Origin: an uncultured Rivularia sp.
GTDB lineage: Bacteria; Cyanobacteriota; Cyanobacteriia; Cyanobacteriales; Nostocaceae
Direction of reading: 5' to 3'
DNA: 64,000 nt
Assembly (NCBI GenBank): GCA_963665115.1
Contig: OY762007.1
Span: 2,816,001 to 2,880,000 of the forward strand
The stretch's first letter is position 1. The number at the start of each line of letters is the position of its first letter. A program made the translations under genes and the position numbers. Shown here piece after piece: positions 10,408 through 20,845 of this stretch. The notes below the pieces were generated by a model, which was not told the origin of the DNA, did no database searches, and saw only the letters and a list, made by a program, of their open reading frames with translations.

Positions 10408-12454
10408 TTGAAGAATATGCTATTTTGGATAAATTTTATTGCATCATTACCGTTAACTCCGGCACCTTCCGCAGTAGCGCAGTTATCTAATATTAACGAC
10501 AATCTAGTTGCTGAAAAACCAGTAACAATATCTCCTCTTTCTCAATTTTCTACTCAGCCGACTCTTGCTCAAGTGGGTGGAGGCTTAGTTTTCCCTGGAG
10601 TAATTGGAGGTTTAGTTGTACTCTTGCTGCTGAGTATTTTCGCTTATACTCGCATTTATGTAATTACTCCCACTAACGAAGCATTTGTCAGAAACTGGTG
10701 GCGTGTTTGTTAAAAAGAAAACTGTATTTCTTAACGGTGGCTGCGTTGTCATACCTGGATTTCACGAGTTGACGCGGGTACCATTGCGGGAAATTTCCAT
10801 TAACGTTGAGCGTACTGGTAAATTAGCAGTTCGTACTCAAGATTACCTGCGAGCAAATATGCGGGTAACTTTTTATGTGTGCATTAGTGCGAGTGAAGAA
10901 GATGTGCAAATTGCTGCGGCAAGAATTTCCAGACAGGGTAGAATCTCATCGGAAGATATTAAAGAGGCTTTAGAAACCCGTGCTGATGATGCGATTCGAG
11001 CAGCTGCTAAAAAGAAAACTTTAGCAGAAATCGATTCAGATAAATTAGGATTTGCAGAAGAAGTTTTAAATTTAACTCAGCAGGATTTAAAGAAAGTCGG
11101 TTTAACTCTTAACAACATTGCAATTTCAGAAATAGAAGAAAGCGACACTTACGACACCAATAACTTCTTTGATGCTCAAGGTGTACGACTTCGCACCGAA
11201 ACCATTCAACGTTCAATTCAACAAAAGCGCGAAGTGGAATTAACAACCCAAGTCGCAATCGAACAGAAAGAATTAGATGCTCAAAAACTATCCCTGCAAA
11301 TTTCTCAAGAAAAAGAAACAGCCGAATTAGAGCAAAAATTAAAAGTAGAAGCGCTGACAGCACAACGAGAGCGGGAAATTCAAGAAGCTAAAGACAAAGA
11401 AGCTGCTGCAACTTTGCGAAGTAAAATTTTGCAAGATAAATCTGTAGAAGAAGAAGAAATTCGTAAAAAAGTGTCGGTACAGCAAAGTCAAATTGAAGCC
11501 GATATTGCCTTAGAAACCCGTAACAAACAACTGAAAATAGCGCAAACCGAGCAAAAGCAAGAAGCCGAAGTTGCCGAAATTACCCGTCAACAAGCAGTAC
11601 AATCGAATAAATTGCAGGCACAAGTACAAATAGCAGAATCAGAAAAAATTGCGAGATTAGCACAGGAAGATTTAGCTATATCAATTGCGAATAAGAAAAA
11701 AGATACTTTTTTGGCAGAAGCCGAACAAATCCAAGCTCAAGAAGCCGTACAAACTGCTAGTGAAACAGAAAAAGCCGAACGTAACAAAAATCTATCTGCA
11801 ATAGTCGCCGAGCAACAAGCCCAAGAAAGAGACATTCGCGAGCGTAAAGTTATTGAAATAGACTCTTTTCGCCGTCGCAAACAAGCAGAAATTGCTCAAG
11901 AAGCAGCAGAATTAGAAGCAGAATCAATTCGTATTCTTGCACAAGCCGAACGCGATCGATCCCTAGCTGAAGCTGAAGGTATTCAAGCTAAAATTACCGC
12001 CGAAAATAGTATTAGTAACGCCAGTTTGAGTGCTAAAATAATTACCACTATTTGGCCGGAACTGTCGGAGAAACTACCAGAAATAGTAAGTTCCTTAGCA
12101 CCACAACCGGGAGTTATAGGAAATACCAGAATTTACTCATTCCCAGGTGCCAATGGTAACGGTAAAGGCGCTGAAGATATTAACAAATTAATGTTATCTA
12201 CCAGCGGTTTTTCTATGATTAATAGCTTACTAGAAGAAGGTAATTTGGGAAAAATCATATCTCAAATTACTAAATTAGTGCAGAATAAAGATGAAGTGAA
12301 ACGAGATGCACCAGAACCAATAATTCCGGAAGTTGTAAATAATTCACCCAAATCAAATTTTAAAGATGAAGTAAAATTAGATCCAGTAATTCCGGAAGTT
12401 ATAGATAATTCACCTGAATCTAATTTTAGCGATAACGGCTCTCAAATTGGTTAG
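10408..12454 (+). CDS. Flotillin/SPFH (YqiK-like) protein, split by +1 frameshift at ~10692-10694
   Basis: TM then NEAFVR/TGG, SPFH domain and long AEA-rich coiled coil; removing one A restores AFVRTGGV. Confidence 0.88.
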
Positions 12455-12664
12455 TTGTTGTTAATAGGGGATTGGGAATTGGGGATTGGAAATAGGTAAA
12501 GCCGTATCTAATTTTTGCATCATTTTTACATCTTGCATCCGTTTCAAAAACCCGGTTTCTTCGATCTTAACGTTTAGTTTATAAATGACCTCTAACTGTT
12601 CCCCATGCCCAATCCCCAATCCCCTCAACTCTGGTAACATGATGGGAAAATTGAGGCAATCGCA

Positions 12665-13408
12665 ATGGTATGGCAGCGTCCGGATGGTAGAAAGGCTGAT
12701 GAACTGCGTCCAGTTATTTTTGTAAAAGATTTTACCCGCTATGCTGCTGGCTCGGTTCTAGCAAAGTGCGGTGAAACTCAAGTACTTTGTACCGTTAGCG
12801 TAAACGAAGGGGTTCCGAGATTTCTGATGGATAGCGGTAAAGGTTGGTTAACTGCCGAGTATCGAATGTTGCCCGGAGCAACCCAACAGCGACACCAAAG
12901 AGAAACATTTAAATTATCAGGGAGAACCCAAGAAATTCAGCGTTTGATCGGACGCAGTTTAAGGGCTGCCATAGATTTCGAGGCATTGGGAGAACGTACA
13001 TTAACAGTAGATGCAGACGTACTGCAAGCCGATGCAGGAACGCGCACCACAGCAATTACAGGTGGATTTGTGGCATTAGCGATCGCCATTTCTAAATTAA
13101 TCGAAGAAGGAGTTTTAGAGCGATCGCCAATAGTCGGACAAATCGCCGCCGTTTCCGTAGGTTTATTAGAAAAAGAAGCATTTTTAGATTTAAACTATCC
13201 CGAAGACGTTGCTGCTGACGTAGACTTCAACGTAGTAATGAATCAACACAGCGACATCATCGAAGTTCAAGGAACAGCAGAAGAAGGAAGCTTCAGCCGC
13301 ACTCAGTTAAATAATTTATTAGATTGTGCCGAAAAAGGAATCACTCAACTACGAGCCGCACAGCGAGAAGCAATTCCGAATTGGGATGAAATTTTTGTAG
13401 GGAAGTAG
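12665..13408 (+). CDS. rph: Ribonuclease PH
   Basis: [30 protein letters not shown] and [11 protein letters not shown] motifs. Confidence 0.97.
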   Translation: MVWQRPDGRKADELRPVIFVKDFTRYAAGSVLAKCGETQVLCTVSVNEGVPRFLMDSGKGWLTAEYRMLPGATQQRHQRETFKLSGRTQEIQRLIGRSLRAAIDFEALGERTLTVDADVLQADAGTRTTAITGGFVALAIAISKLIEEGVLERSPIVGQIAAVSVGLLEKEAFLDLNYPEDVAADVDFNVVMNQHSDIIEVQGTAEEGSFSRTQLNNLLDCAEKGITQLRAAQREAIPNWDEIFVGK

Positions 13409-13412
13409 AGAG

Positions 13413-13545
13413 GGAATTGGTAATGGGTAATGGGTAATTGGGTAATTGGGAATTGGGAATTGGGAATTGGGAATTGGTAATTGGTAATTGGTAATTGGGG
13501 ATTGGGGATTGGTAATTGGTAATTGGTAATTGGTAATTGGTAATT
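13413..13545. repeat. STRR heptamer array (TTGGTAA/TTGGGAA)
   Basis: Direct tandem heptamers; complementary CCCAATT/CCCCTCT arrays at ~13625-13695. Confidence 0.9.
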
Positions 13546-13562
13546 GAGAGTATTAACTTTAA

Positions 13563-13618
13563 GTAGTGCGAGCATCTTGCTCGCTGGTCATAAATAGCGA
13601 GCAAGATGCTCGCACTAC
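13563..13618. repeat. Short dispersed palindromic repeat (GTAGTGCGAGCATCTTGCTCGCT arms)
   Basis: 23-bp perfect inverted repeat with 10-nt loop; related copies near 15766, 39611, 43034, 48146, 53791, 57167 and 59594. Confidence 0.85.
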
Positions 13619-13780
13619 TAACCCCTTGTCTCCCCCTCTCCCCCTCTCCCCCTCTCCCCCTCTCCCCACGCCCAATCCCCAATTCCCAATTCCCATTCTT
13701 AAAAGTTTCACAAAATAAAAAGCAAAATCTTGATATCGGCGCTATTGTTATCCCAGAAGTGAGCGAGATTGTAAAGCAAG

Positions 13781-14506
13781 TTGATGACTAAAAAAGTTGA
13801 AGTATTAGCGGATAAGAAGGCGCTGGTAGAACGGGCGCTTTCTTTAATTTTATCGAAAGTAGAACCATGCATTCAACAACGCGGACGTTTCACTATTGCG
13901 TTGTCTGGTGGTAGCACTCCTAAACCTTTGTATGAAGCATTGGGTAAACAACAACTGCCTTGGGATAAAATTCATGTGCTGTGGGGAGATGAGCGTTATG
14001 TTGCAGCAGATCATCCCGATAGCAATCAGTTGATGGCGCGTAGTGCGTGGTTGGATAAAGTTGATATTCCAGCAGAAAATATCCACGCAATGCCTACCGA
14101 TGCACCTAACCCCGCAGATGCTGCGGCACAGTACGAACAAGAATTACAGAAATTGTTTGATGCAAAGCAAGGTGAATTTCCGGCAATTGATGTTATTTTG
14201 CTGGGAATGGGCGATGATGCTCATACCGCGTCTTTGTTTCCTAACACAGAGGCATTGAAAGTTACCGATAAGCTAGTTACAGTAGGCAACAAAGACAGTT
14301 CGGTGCGTTTAACTTTCACTTATCCATTTATTAACGCTGCTGAATGCGTGATATTTTTGGTTGCCGGTGAAAATAAAAGACCAGCTTTAGCCCAAGTTTT
14401 CGCACCAACAGCATCTGAAACTACTTACCCTTCTCGTTTGATTCAACCACAAAAAGAACTTTGGTGGCTTTTTGATGAAGCTGCTGGTGCGGAAATCAAA
14501 GTTTAA
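13781..14506 (+). CDS. pgl: 6-phosphogluconolactonase
   Basis: ALSGGSTP, WGDERYV and LLGMGDDAHTASLFP motifs. Confidence 0.96.
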   Translation: MMTKKVEVLADKKALVERALSLILSKVEPCIQQRGRFTIALSGGSTPKPLYEALGKQQLPWDKIHVLWGDERYVAADHPDSNQLMARSAWLDKVDIPAENIHAMPTDAPNPADAAAQYEQELQKLFDAKQGEFPAIDVILLGMGDDAHTASLFPNTEALKVTDKLVTVGNKDSSVRLTFTYPFINAAECVIFLVAGENKRPALAQVFAPTASETTYPSRLIQPQKELWWLFDEAAGAEIKV

Positions 14507-14603
14507 CTGCGAAATTGTAAGTAATTGTTAAAATCAGAAGCGACTGATGCTCGTCTGCTTGCCAGCACTCTTTTACGATGAACTTGAAAAAAGGTTTAAT
14601 TCC

Positions 14604-15560
14604 ATGATTGTTTGCCCTAACTGCAATCATCCCAACCCAGATGGCGCTGTCCAATGCGAAGCTTGCTACACCCCCCTACCGGCAACTACTAGCTGTCCGG
14701 GCTGTGGGGCAACCGTGCAGGCAGATGCGTCTTTTTGCGGACAGTGTGGTTATAATTTACGCTCCTCTCCTTCGGGGGTAGAGCCAACCGTTGCACCAGA
14801 TACTCCAGTAGAAGTGCCGCCTTTAGGCGATCCACCAACTGCTAACTTAAACCCTGCCGAAGCTTCTTCTTTGCCACCAACAGCAGTAGCAATGCCTCAA
14901 GGATTGGGAACTCCTTCCACTGAAGGTAGCCCTAGCCCTCCACCGACGATGCCTTCCGAACCTGTAAGTGGAGAACAAGAAATAGCAACTCCACCTCCAG
15001 CGGTTACACCACCTCCGGTAAACGTTGCCGAACCTGCACCTGCTTCAGAAGAAGAGGAAGAAGCTTCTTTCTTTGAGGCATTACCAGATTTAACAATAGA
15101 ACCGGAAACTGCAACAGAGCCGGAAGTTGCATCTGCACCCGAACCAGAACCAGAACCCGTTGCCGTTCCCGCACCCGCACCCGCACCTGCACCGGCAGCA
15201 AGCCCTTCTCCATCTAGAACTCAATTACAGCAGGTAAGCGCTCGTTTAGTTCACATGAAAAGTGATACACAAATCGAATTACCGCAAAACCTTTCTGTAA
15301 TTCATATCGGCAAAGCAAACGATCGAGTTCCCCCCGATATTGATATTTCTGGATTTGAGAATTCGGAAGTTGTGTCGCGGATTCATTCCGATATTCGAGT
15401 TGAAGGTGATGCTTATTACATAGAAGATGTGGGAAGTTCTAACGGTACCTACGTTAATGGAATGTCCTTGCTACCGGGGAATCGCCACCGCTTGCGACCG
15501 GGCGATCGCATAAGTATGGGTAAAGGAGATTTGGTAAGTTTCTTATTCCAAATTTCTTAG
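14604..15560 (+). CDS. fraH: FraH-like protein: double zinc ribbon, Pro-rich linker, FHA domain
   Basis: Four CxxC pairs at the N-terminus, Pro/Glu/Ala-rich linker, VSRIH...D.GSSNGTYVNG FHA motif; follows pgl; start chosen at MIVCPNC. Confidence 0.8.
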   Translation: MIVCPNCNHPNPDGAVQCEACYTPLPATTSCPGCGATVQADASFCGQCGYNLRSSPSGVEPTVAPDTPVEVPPLGDPPTANLNPAEASSLPPTAVAMPQGLGTPSTEGSPSPPPTMPSEPVSGEQEIATPPPAVTPPPVNVAEPAPASEEEEEASFFEALPDLTIEPETATEPEVASAPEPEPEPVAVPAPAPAPAPAASPSPSRTQLQQVSARLVHMKSDTQIELPQNLSVIHIGKANDRVPPDIDISGFENSEVVSRIHSDIRVEGDAYYIEDVGSSNGTYVNGMSLLPGNRHRLRPGDRISMGKGDLVSFLFQIS

Positions 15561-15659
15561 GTAAGCTATGTAATTTCACGCTGTTTATAATTTGAATTAT
15601 TTCTCGACTTGCAAATGTGGAATTAGAGAAACAGTCAAAAATTAGTAAAGATTAACTTT

Positions 15660-15689
15660 AACCCCTCTCTGGTTCTCGAGAGGGGTTTT
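15660..15689 (+). terminator. Intrinsic terminator after rph-pgl-fraH
   Basis: AACCCCTCTC-loop-GAGAGGGGTT followed by T-rich tract. Confidence 0.7.
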
Positions 15690-16068
15690 GCATTTTTTTA
15701 TATTTGTTTTTATATTTGAAATATTCTAAATACTAAGCTGCTACGCATTTAATTTGTATAGTAATAGCGAGCAAGATGCTTGTCCCTGGCGGACACGCTG
15801 CGAAGGCAGCACTACAACCTTTTCAAATTTTCCCATTATCCTATTTAGCTGCACATCAGCTTACTATTCCACCACGTTGATTTGACTGGGTAATAATAGA
15901 GCCGAGAAGGGATTAGAAAATATTAGAAAAAGCCGATTAACCTTATTCAACGCGGCAAAGCATCATCTCAAGGACGCAATTGTTACAAACATCACCTATG
16001 ATTTTTGGTAGATGGAATCTCCAGGATAATGTTGTATCCTTATGCGTGTTTGTAACCAGGTGAATGCG

Positions 16069-16524
16069 ATGAAATTTCTACTCAGTGGTGTAATTGTTAC
16101 TTTGGGGCTGTTACCAATGACTGTACAAGCACAACAGCAATCCTTTAATACTCAAGTTTCAACAATGGTAGAAGCATTACGATTGGCTGCACCAAAAACA
16201 GGTTCTGAAAATGATGGATATTACAGCGAATGGCAAGTTAAACCAGAAACTTTGAAAAGTTGGTCAAAATTTTGTTTGAAAAAGGAAGTTTCACCAGCAG
16301 AATTTGAAAAGAATAATCAATTAGCTCGTCAAGTTGTTAGTTGTGTCGTGCAACGAGAGTTAAAAGGACAATTAGAAGCTACCAATAATAATGAAACACA
16401 AGCCGTGCGCGGTACTGCTTGTTGGTGGATGACTGGTGAATACAAAGGCTGCAATAGTGGTTTTACTGCTGATTATGTGAAAAAAGTTTTGGATTATTAT
16501 CAGAAACCGAAAATCAGTACGTAA
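16069..16524 (+). CDS. Conserved secreted hypothetical protein
   Basis: Signal peptide (..VQA-QQQ), four Cys, ACWWMTG motif. Confidence 0.7.
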   Translation: MKFLLSGVIVTLGLLPMTVQAQQQSFNTQVSTMVEALRLAAPKTGSENDGYYSEWQVKPETLKSWSKFCLKKEVSPAEFEKNNQLARQVVSCVVQRELKGQLEATNNNETQAVRGTACWWMTGEYKGCNSGFTADYVKKVLDYYQKPKIST

Positions 16525-16911
16525 ATTTTTTTGTTCGTAGTAAGCGATTTATGGCTTTTAATACTTACGCAAAGCTCCCCTTTTTTAGGGGAGCCACTGC
16601 TTTGCTTGCCCGGATTGTAGAGATAGTGGGTGACTCCCCAACCCACCAAATTAGTCAATTAATTAAAACTACTAGCACCTGATTTTATCCTATTAATTTT
16701 TTAGATACATTTTTAATACCTGATTTTATCCCCTGGATACTTTCTTTTAGCCAACACACAATAACTAATATCAAGCAATGAAATAAATTTTTATTGTACA
16801 TAGCTTGATGCAAATCTAGATTTTAAACCATCAATTCTCAGAAATCAATTCAATCGGATATTAGAGCAATTGATACCCTTTGCACAAATCATTTTTTTAG
16901 GATTATATTCC

Positions 16912-17226
16912 ATGATTAATTCAGTTCTACCCAAATTTTCCTTACTTCTAACCTCAACAATTGCTGCGGTTAGCTTCTATGCTGCACCGGGAATAGCTCA
17001 ACCTGCACCTGAATCGCTCTCGCCAAGTAAGGTTGAAAAAAACCAAGATGTACGCGAGATTACGCCATCATTAAACCCTAGTATGGGTACCGTATTGAAA
17101 GCCAAAGATTGTCCAGAAGGTACCTATTTAGTTATGTTTAAAATGCCAATTTATGATGGGCTGTTTGTTGTTGGTCATGAGCTTGTACCTTACTGCATTG
17201 ATGAAAATACCGTTCCTGCTGGCTAG
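16912..17226 (+). CDS. Small secreted hypothetical protein
   Basis: Signal peptide ending GIA-Q; two Cys in the C-terminal part. Confidence 0.6.
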   Translation: MINSVLPKFSLLLTSTIAAVSFYAAPGIAQPAPESLSPSKVEKNQDVREITPSLNPSMGTVLKAKDCPEGTYLVMFKMPIYDGLFVVGHELVPYCIDENTVPAG

Positions 17227-17345
17227 TTATTTGGTTTTTTGAGACATTTACACCACATATTAACCCAATACCAATTCAAAATTTGATGTTGGGTTTTACT
17301 TTGACTTTATCGTTTAGTTAAAAGACCTTAAGAAGAAAGCAATAT

Positions 17346-18047
17346 TCACGATTGTAGTATCAGTGTGTTATCTCTTACCTGAATTAATTTCAATTTTTTG
17401 ATAATGGGATTTGCTTCTTTTCTAATTTGTTCTCTCATTGATTGCAATGGTTTTCGACTATCAATAGTTTGGGAACCAAGAATAAAATAAATAATATCAG
17501 ATGAAAACCCTCTTAGATGAAGTTGATATTCGGAATTCTCAATATTTTTGTGGAATGTCCTAATAATTCTATAATATTCAAGGATCTGACCATTTTTAAT
17601 TTCAAATTTAACTGCTTTTTTAGTAATCAGGGGATTATTTGATGAAAAAAATAAAAAAGGCAATATTTCTGAAATAATAATTTCGTTATTTTGAATATCA
17701 AAATACTTGAATCCTTCCAAAATTTTATTTTTGATGGGTCTTCTTAAATATTCCAGATAAATTTCTACATAAAGTATATTGATATCTTCAGCAGATAAAA
17801 CTAATTCTACACTTCTGTCAAAACGAGCAGCCGTATTAAAATCGATTACACGTCCTCTAACTTCTGGATATTTATCCGCATTTATTTGTTTTATTTCAGT
17901 TGTAATTCCTAAATCGGAATCAACCTTATTACCAATAAATATTAAAGCTAATAAATTATCGCAAAACCATCGTAATGTAGTAAAGCTTGGTATCGATATA
18001 GTAATAGTTATATTTGGGAGTGACATCTTTTTGAAACAATTTATCAT
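17346..18047 (-). CDS. Hypothetical protein (very AT-rich)
   Basis: 233-aa ORF with no recognisable motif. Confidence 0.5.
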   Translation of the reverse strand: MINCFKKMSLPNITITISIPSFTTLRWFCDNLLALIFIGNKVDSDLGITTEIKQINADKYPEVRGRVIDFNTAARFDRSVELVLSAEDINILYVEIYLEYLRRPIKNKILEGFKYFDIQNNEIIISEILPFLFFSSNNPLITKKAVKFEIKNGQILEYYRIIRTFHKNIENSEYQLHLRGFSSDIIYFILGSQTIDSRKPLQSMREQIRKEANPIIKKLKLIQVRDNTLILQS

Positions 18048-18549
18048 ATTTTCAATTCACATAGCTTGAATTTTTTAGATCGACTTACTCAAATAACTTA
18101 TCCAGTCCATTTTAATTCACATCTTGCACCAGTGTTAGAAACCCGGTTTCTTGCTCGTCGCACAACGCAATAATCATGGTTTCATCAACAGAAACCGGGT
18201 TTCTTCAAGCTTGTTGAGAATGGTGCAAGAAGTCAGTTTTAATGGACTTATGCTATTAGCCTGGGAATTACATATGACGATGGGTATGAACGAAATATCA
18301 CAATTTTTAATCACGCCAAAATGTTGGGTTAAAGGCGCAATTTCACTTTCTATAAATCATAAATATTATTAGTGCGCCTTTAACCCAACCTACAAAGTTA
18401 ATTAGTAATTGATAATTAATTCATCGTTAATTCACAGCTTCATAGTGCGTGACGCTACAAAATTATTTGTTTAATTTGATAATTATAATTTGCGTCACAC
18501 ACCCTACAATTTGATAATTGATAATTGATAATTGATAACTGCTCACTGC

Positions 18550-20811
18550 TCACTGCTCACTGTCAACTCCCACACAAGCATTCACTAAAGGCAACAACGA
18601 ACCAAGCTGCTCTTGCCCATTTACCGCTAATTCGCTGTGACACAAGTAAATCTTGTCGGAAACTCTAGCTAATAAATCGGCGATAATCCTTTCCAATCGC
18701 TCGTCTTCTGCTAATTTCTCATCTTCAGCATCCCAAGGTTGGGCAAATCTATCTTGTAGAAAGAACATCGAACCAAATAATGTTGCTGCACCTCCTTTAT
18801 TCCACAATGGTGAGCCTGCATCTAACCAAAAATGCCAGCGATGGGAACGACGTAGGGAACGGTATTGAAATATTGTGGCTAATGTTACCGCGTTCGCTAA
18901 GGTGCCGATGGGGCGTATGGGATAAGGGCTGGCGGTGACGGTTCCCTGTCGCAGCAATGCAATAAATTCTGTAATGGTTTTTGTTTTATTTTGCTGCTGT
19001 ACTACTTTACTTTCTCCTTCTACCGAAGACTGCAAAGCATCAAAGTTAATTTGACTATAGTTATACTGACTTAATCTAGTATCAATTTCCCAGTAATGTT
19101 GAGCGGTTTCTAGTAATTGCCGCAATATTGCAAGTTGTTCGTAGCTAGAGTCGCTAACGTCTGACATGAAATCTTCAATGGCGTTATATAAGAAGAAAAC
19201 TGGATTGGGAATTTGACGCTTTTCATATCTTAAACGCTGTCTTTCCAACCACTCCAATATCTTTCCATAAGCGGTTGTGGCACCGTAACCCAATCTATCC
19301 CATCTTTCAAATGTATCTACTGTTAGTAAGTTGGGGTTTTCTGGGTGGGGTTCAAAACAATAATCTGCGATTAATCCAGCGCGTACTGGATCGATAAAAT
19401 AGTTGTTGTCGGATTTACTACTCAATACCACTAACATTTCTGCAATCGCATCTCTATCTACTAAACGCCCCAAACCTGGATAAACTAAAGTTATCAAAGT
19501 TAGTAAAGCACGAACAAGCGGGGAGCCAATTAAAGGACGTTTATCTTGCAGCGAATCAACCGGAATGCCTGCCTTACTCAAAATTCCGATCAAAGAATAA
19601 CGCGCGATCGCATCTAAACCGGGAGCAATTATAGCTATTTCTCTGGGCTGTACTATCCCGGATTTGACTGTTTCAATTATCGTCTCTGCCGTTTCTTGCA
19701 ATAATGAAGCGCGGGAAGTGGTTTGAATTGACTGTACCGCAGAAGGCAAACTTAAAAGCGTCATTGGCTGCGTTACCAGTTGCGTCATTGAGCTTGCGAG
19801 CATATCGGATAAAGATAAAATAGGCGGTTGAGTCAAAGTTTCCCTCTGACAATATTCTGCTAACCCTTCCATATGATCTGGATCTGCTCCCAATCCCAAA
19901 CGCACTATACCGTCGGGGTTATAGCTAAAAGCTCCCATACCACCATCAATAATTAACTCGAATAATTGACGCATCAACGCTGGATAATCCTGTACGTCAT
20001 CGGCTAAAACTGCTTGATAGCGTTTTTTAAGTCGTGAAACATAATTATTATCCGATAATAAATATTGACCGTAAAGTTCGGTAATAATGCCGTAAGTTAA
20101 AAAACCTTTGTCTAAACACCATTTACGCCAATCTAATAACAAAGAGCCGACCATATCTGGCTCTAAATTAGTAAAATTATCTTGTTGCGATACTACTTTT
20201 GTTAAAACTTGAGCAATATCTTCGCATGGTGTTCCACTTAAAGCTGCTAATTGCAGTAAATCAAGGATACGGCGTACTAAACGAGACTGATTCATCCCGA
20301 CACTACGCAAAATTTCTTCATCCAATCGAGAATGCCACAGTTTAGTTGCTAATTCCTGTTCGGTTTCCGGACGCAATCTTACCGGAAATTGTGCTTTTAT
20401 TTTCAAGGATTCTGTCAAAAGGGGCCAAAATAATATCACCTCATCTTGAAAAAAACCTAAAGGAGTTTTCGCTATCAAGGGATATTTTCCCCAAGTAGCG
20501 GTAACAATTTTATCTGCTAATTCCCGGCGATTATCTCCATTAGCAGCAAATACTAAAACTCCGAGTTCATTATGTTGTGGATAAAGGCTTTTTGGTATGC
20601 TAGGACTATTTTTTTTCGGTGGGTTATCGGTATAAAATATTTCTTGATGACCATTGCGATCGTCCACCCAAATACAAAATTGCTGCACCAAACGTTCCGT
20701 TTTACCACTACGGCTAGGACCTACAATCCAAAGAGAATGATTTAGCACAAACCGTCTCCCAATGATTTTGTTAAGATATCGAACAGCGTTAACGTCTCTT
20801 TTAAGAACCAC
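18550..20811 (-). CDS. Conserved cyanobacterial UvrD/AddAB-like P-loop protein
   Basis: GPSRSGKT Walker A, LADDVQD Walker-B-like and EIAIIAPG motifs; true start probably near 20748. Confidence 0.7.
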   Translation of the reverse strand: MVLKRDVNAVRYLNKIIGRRFVLNHSLWIVGPSRSGKTERLVQQFCIWVDDRNGHQEIFYTDNPPKKNSPSIPKSLYPQHNELGVLVFAANGDNRRELADKIVTATWGKYPLIAKTPLGFFQDEVILFWPLLTESLKIKAQFPVRLRPETEQELATKLWHSRLDEEILRSVGMNQSRLVRRILDLLQLAALSGTPCEDIAQVLTKVVSQQDNFTNLEPDMVGSLLLDWRKWCLDKGFLTYGIITELYGQYLLSDNNYVSRLKKRYQAVLADDVQDYPALMRQLFELIIDGGMGAFSYNPDGIVRLGLGADPDHMEGLAEYCQRETLTQPPILSLSDMLASSMTQLVTQPMTLLSLPSAVQSIQTTSRASLLQETAETIIETVKSGIVQPREIAIIAPGLDAIARYSLIGILSKAGIPVDSLQDKRPLIGSPLVRALLTLITLVYPGLGRLVDRDAIAEMLVVLSSKSDNNYFIDPVRAGLIADYCFEPHPENPNLLTVDTFERWDRLGYGATTAYGKILEWLERQRLRYEKRQIPNPVFFLYNAIEDFMSDVSDSSYEQLAILRQLLETAQHYWEIDTRLSQYNYSQINFDALQSSVEGESKVVQQQNKTKTITEFIALLRQGTVTASPYPIRPIGTLANAVTLATIFQYRSLRRSHRWHFWLDAGSPLWNKGGAATLFGSMFFLQDRFAQPWDAEDEKLAEDERLERIIADLLARVSDKIYLCHSELAVNGQEQLGSLLPLVNACVGVDSEQ

Positions 20812-20845
20812 TAAAAAGCTAAATAATTACTTGAAATGAATTAAA

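Noticed and set aside
13341..13791. ORFs with ITNYQLP/PIPNSQF repeats (also near 32340, 42869, 43021, 48010 and 57156)
   Set aside because: Translations of non-coding STRR heptamer and palindromic repeats
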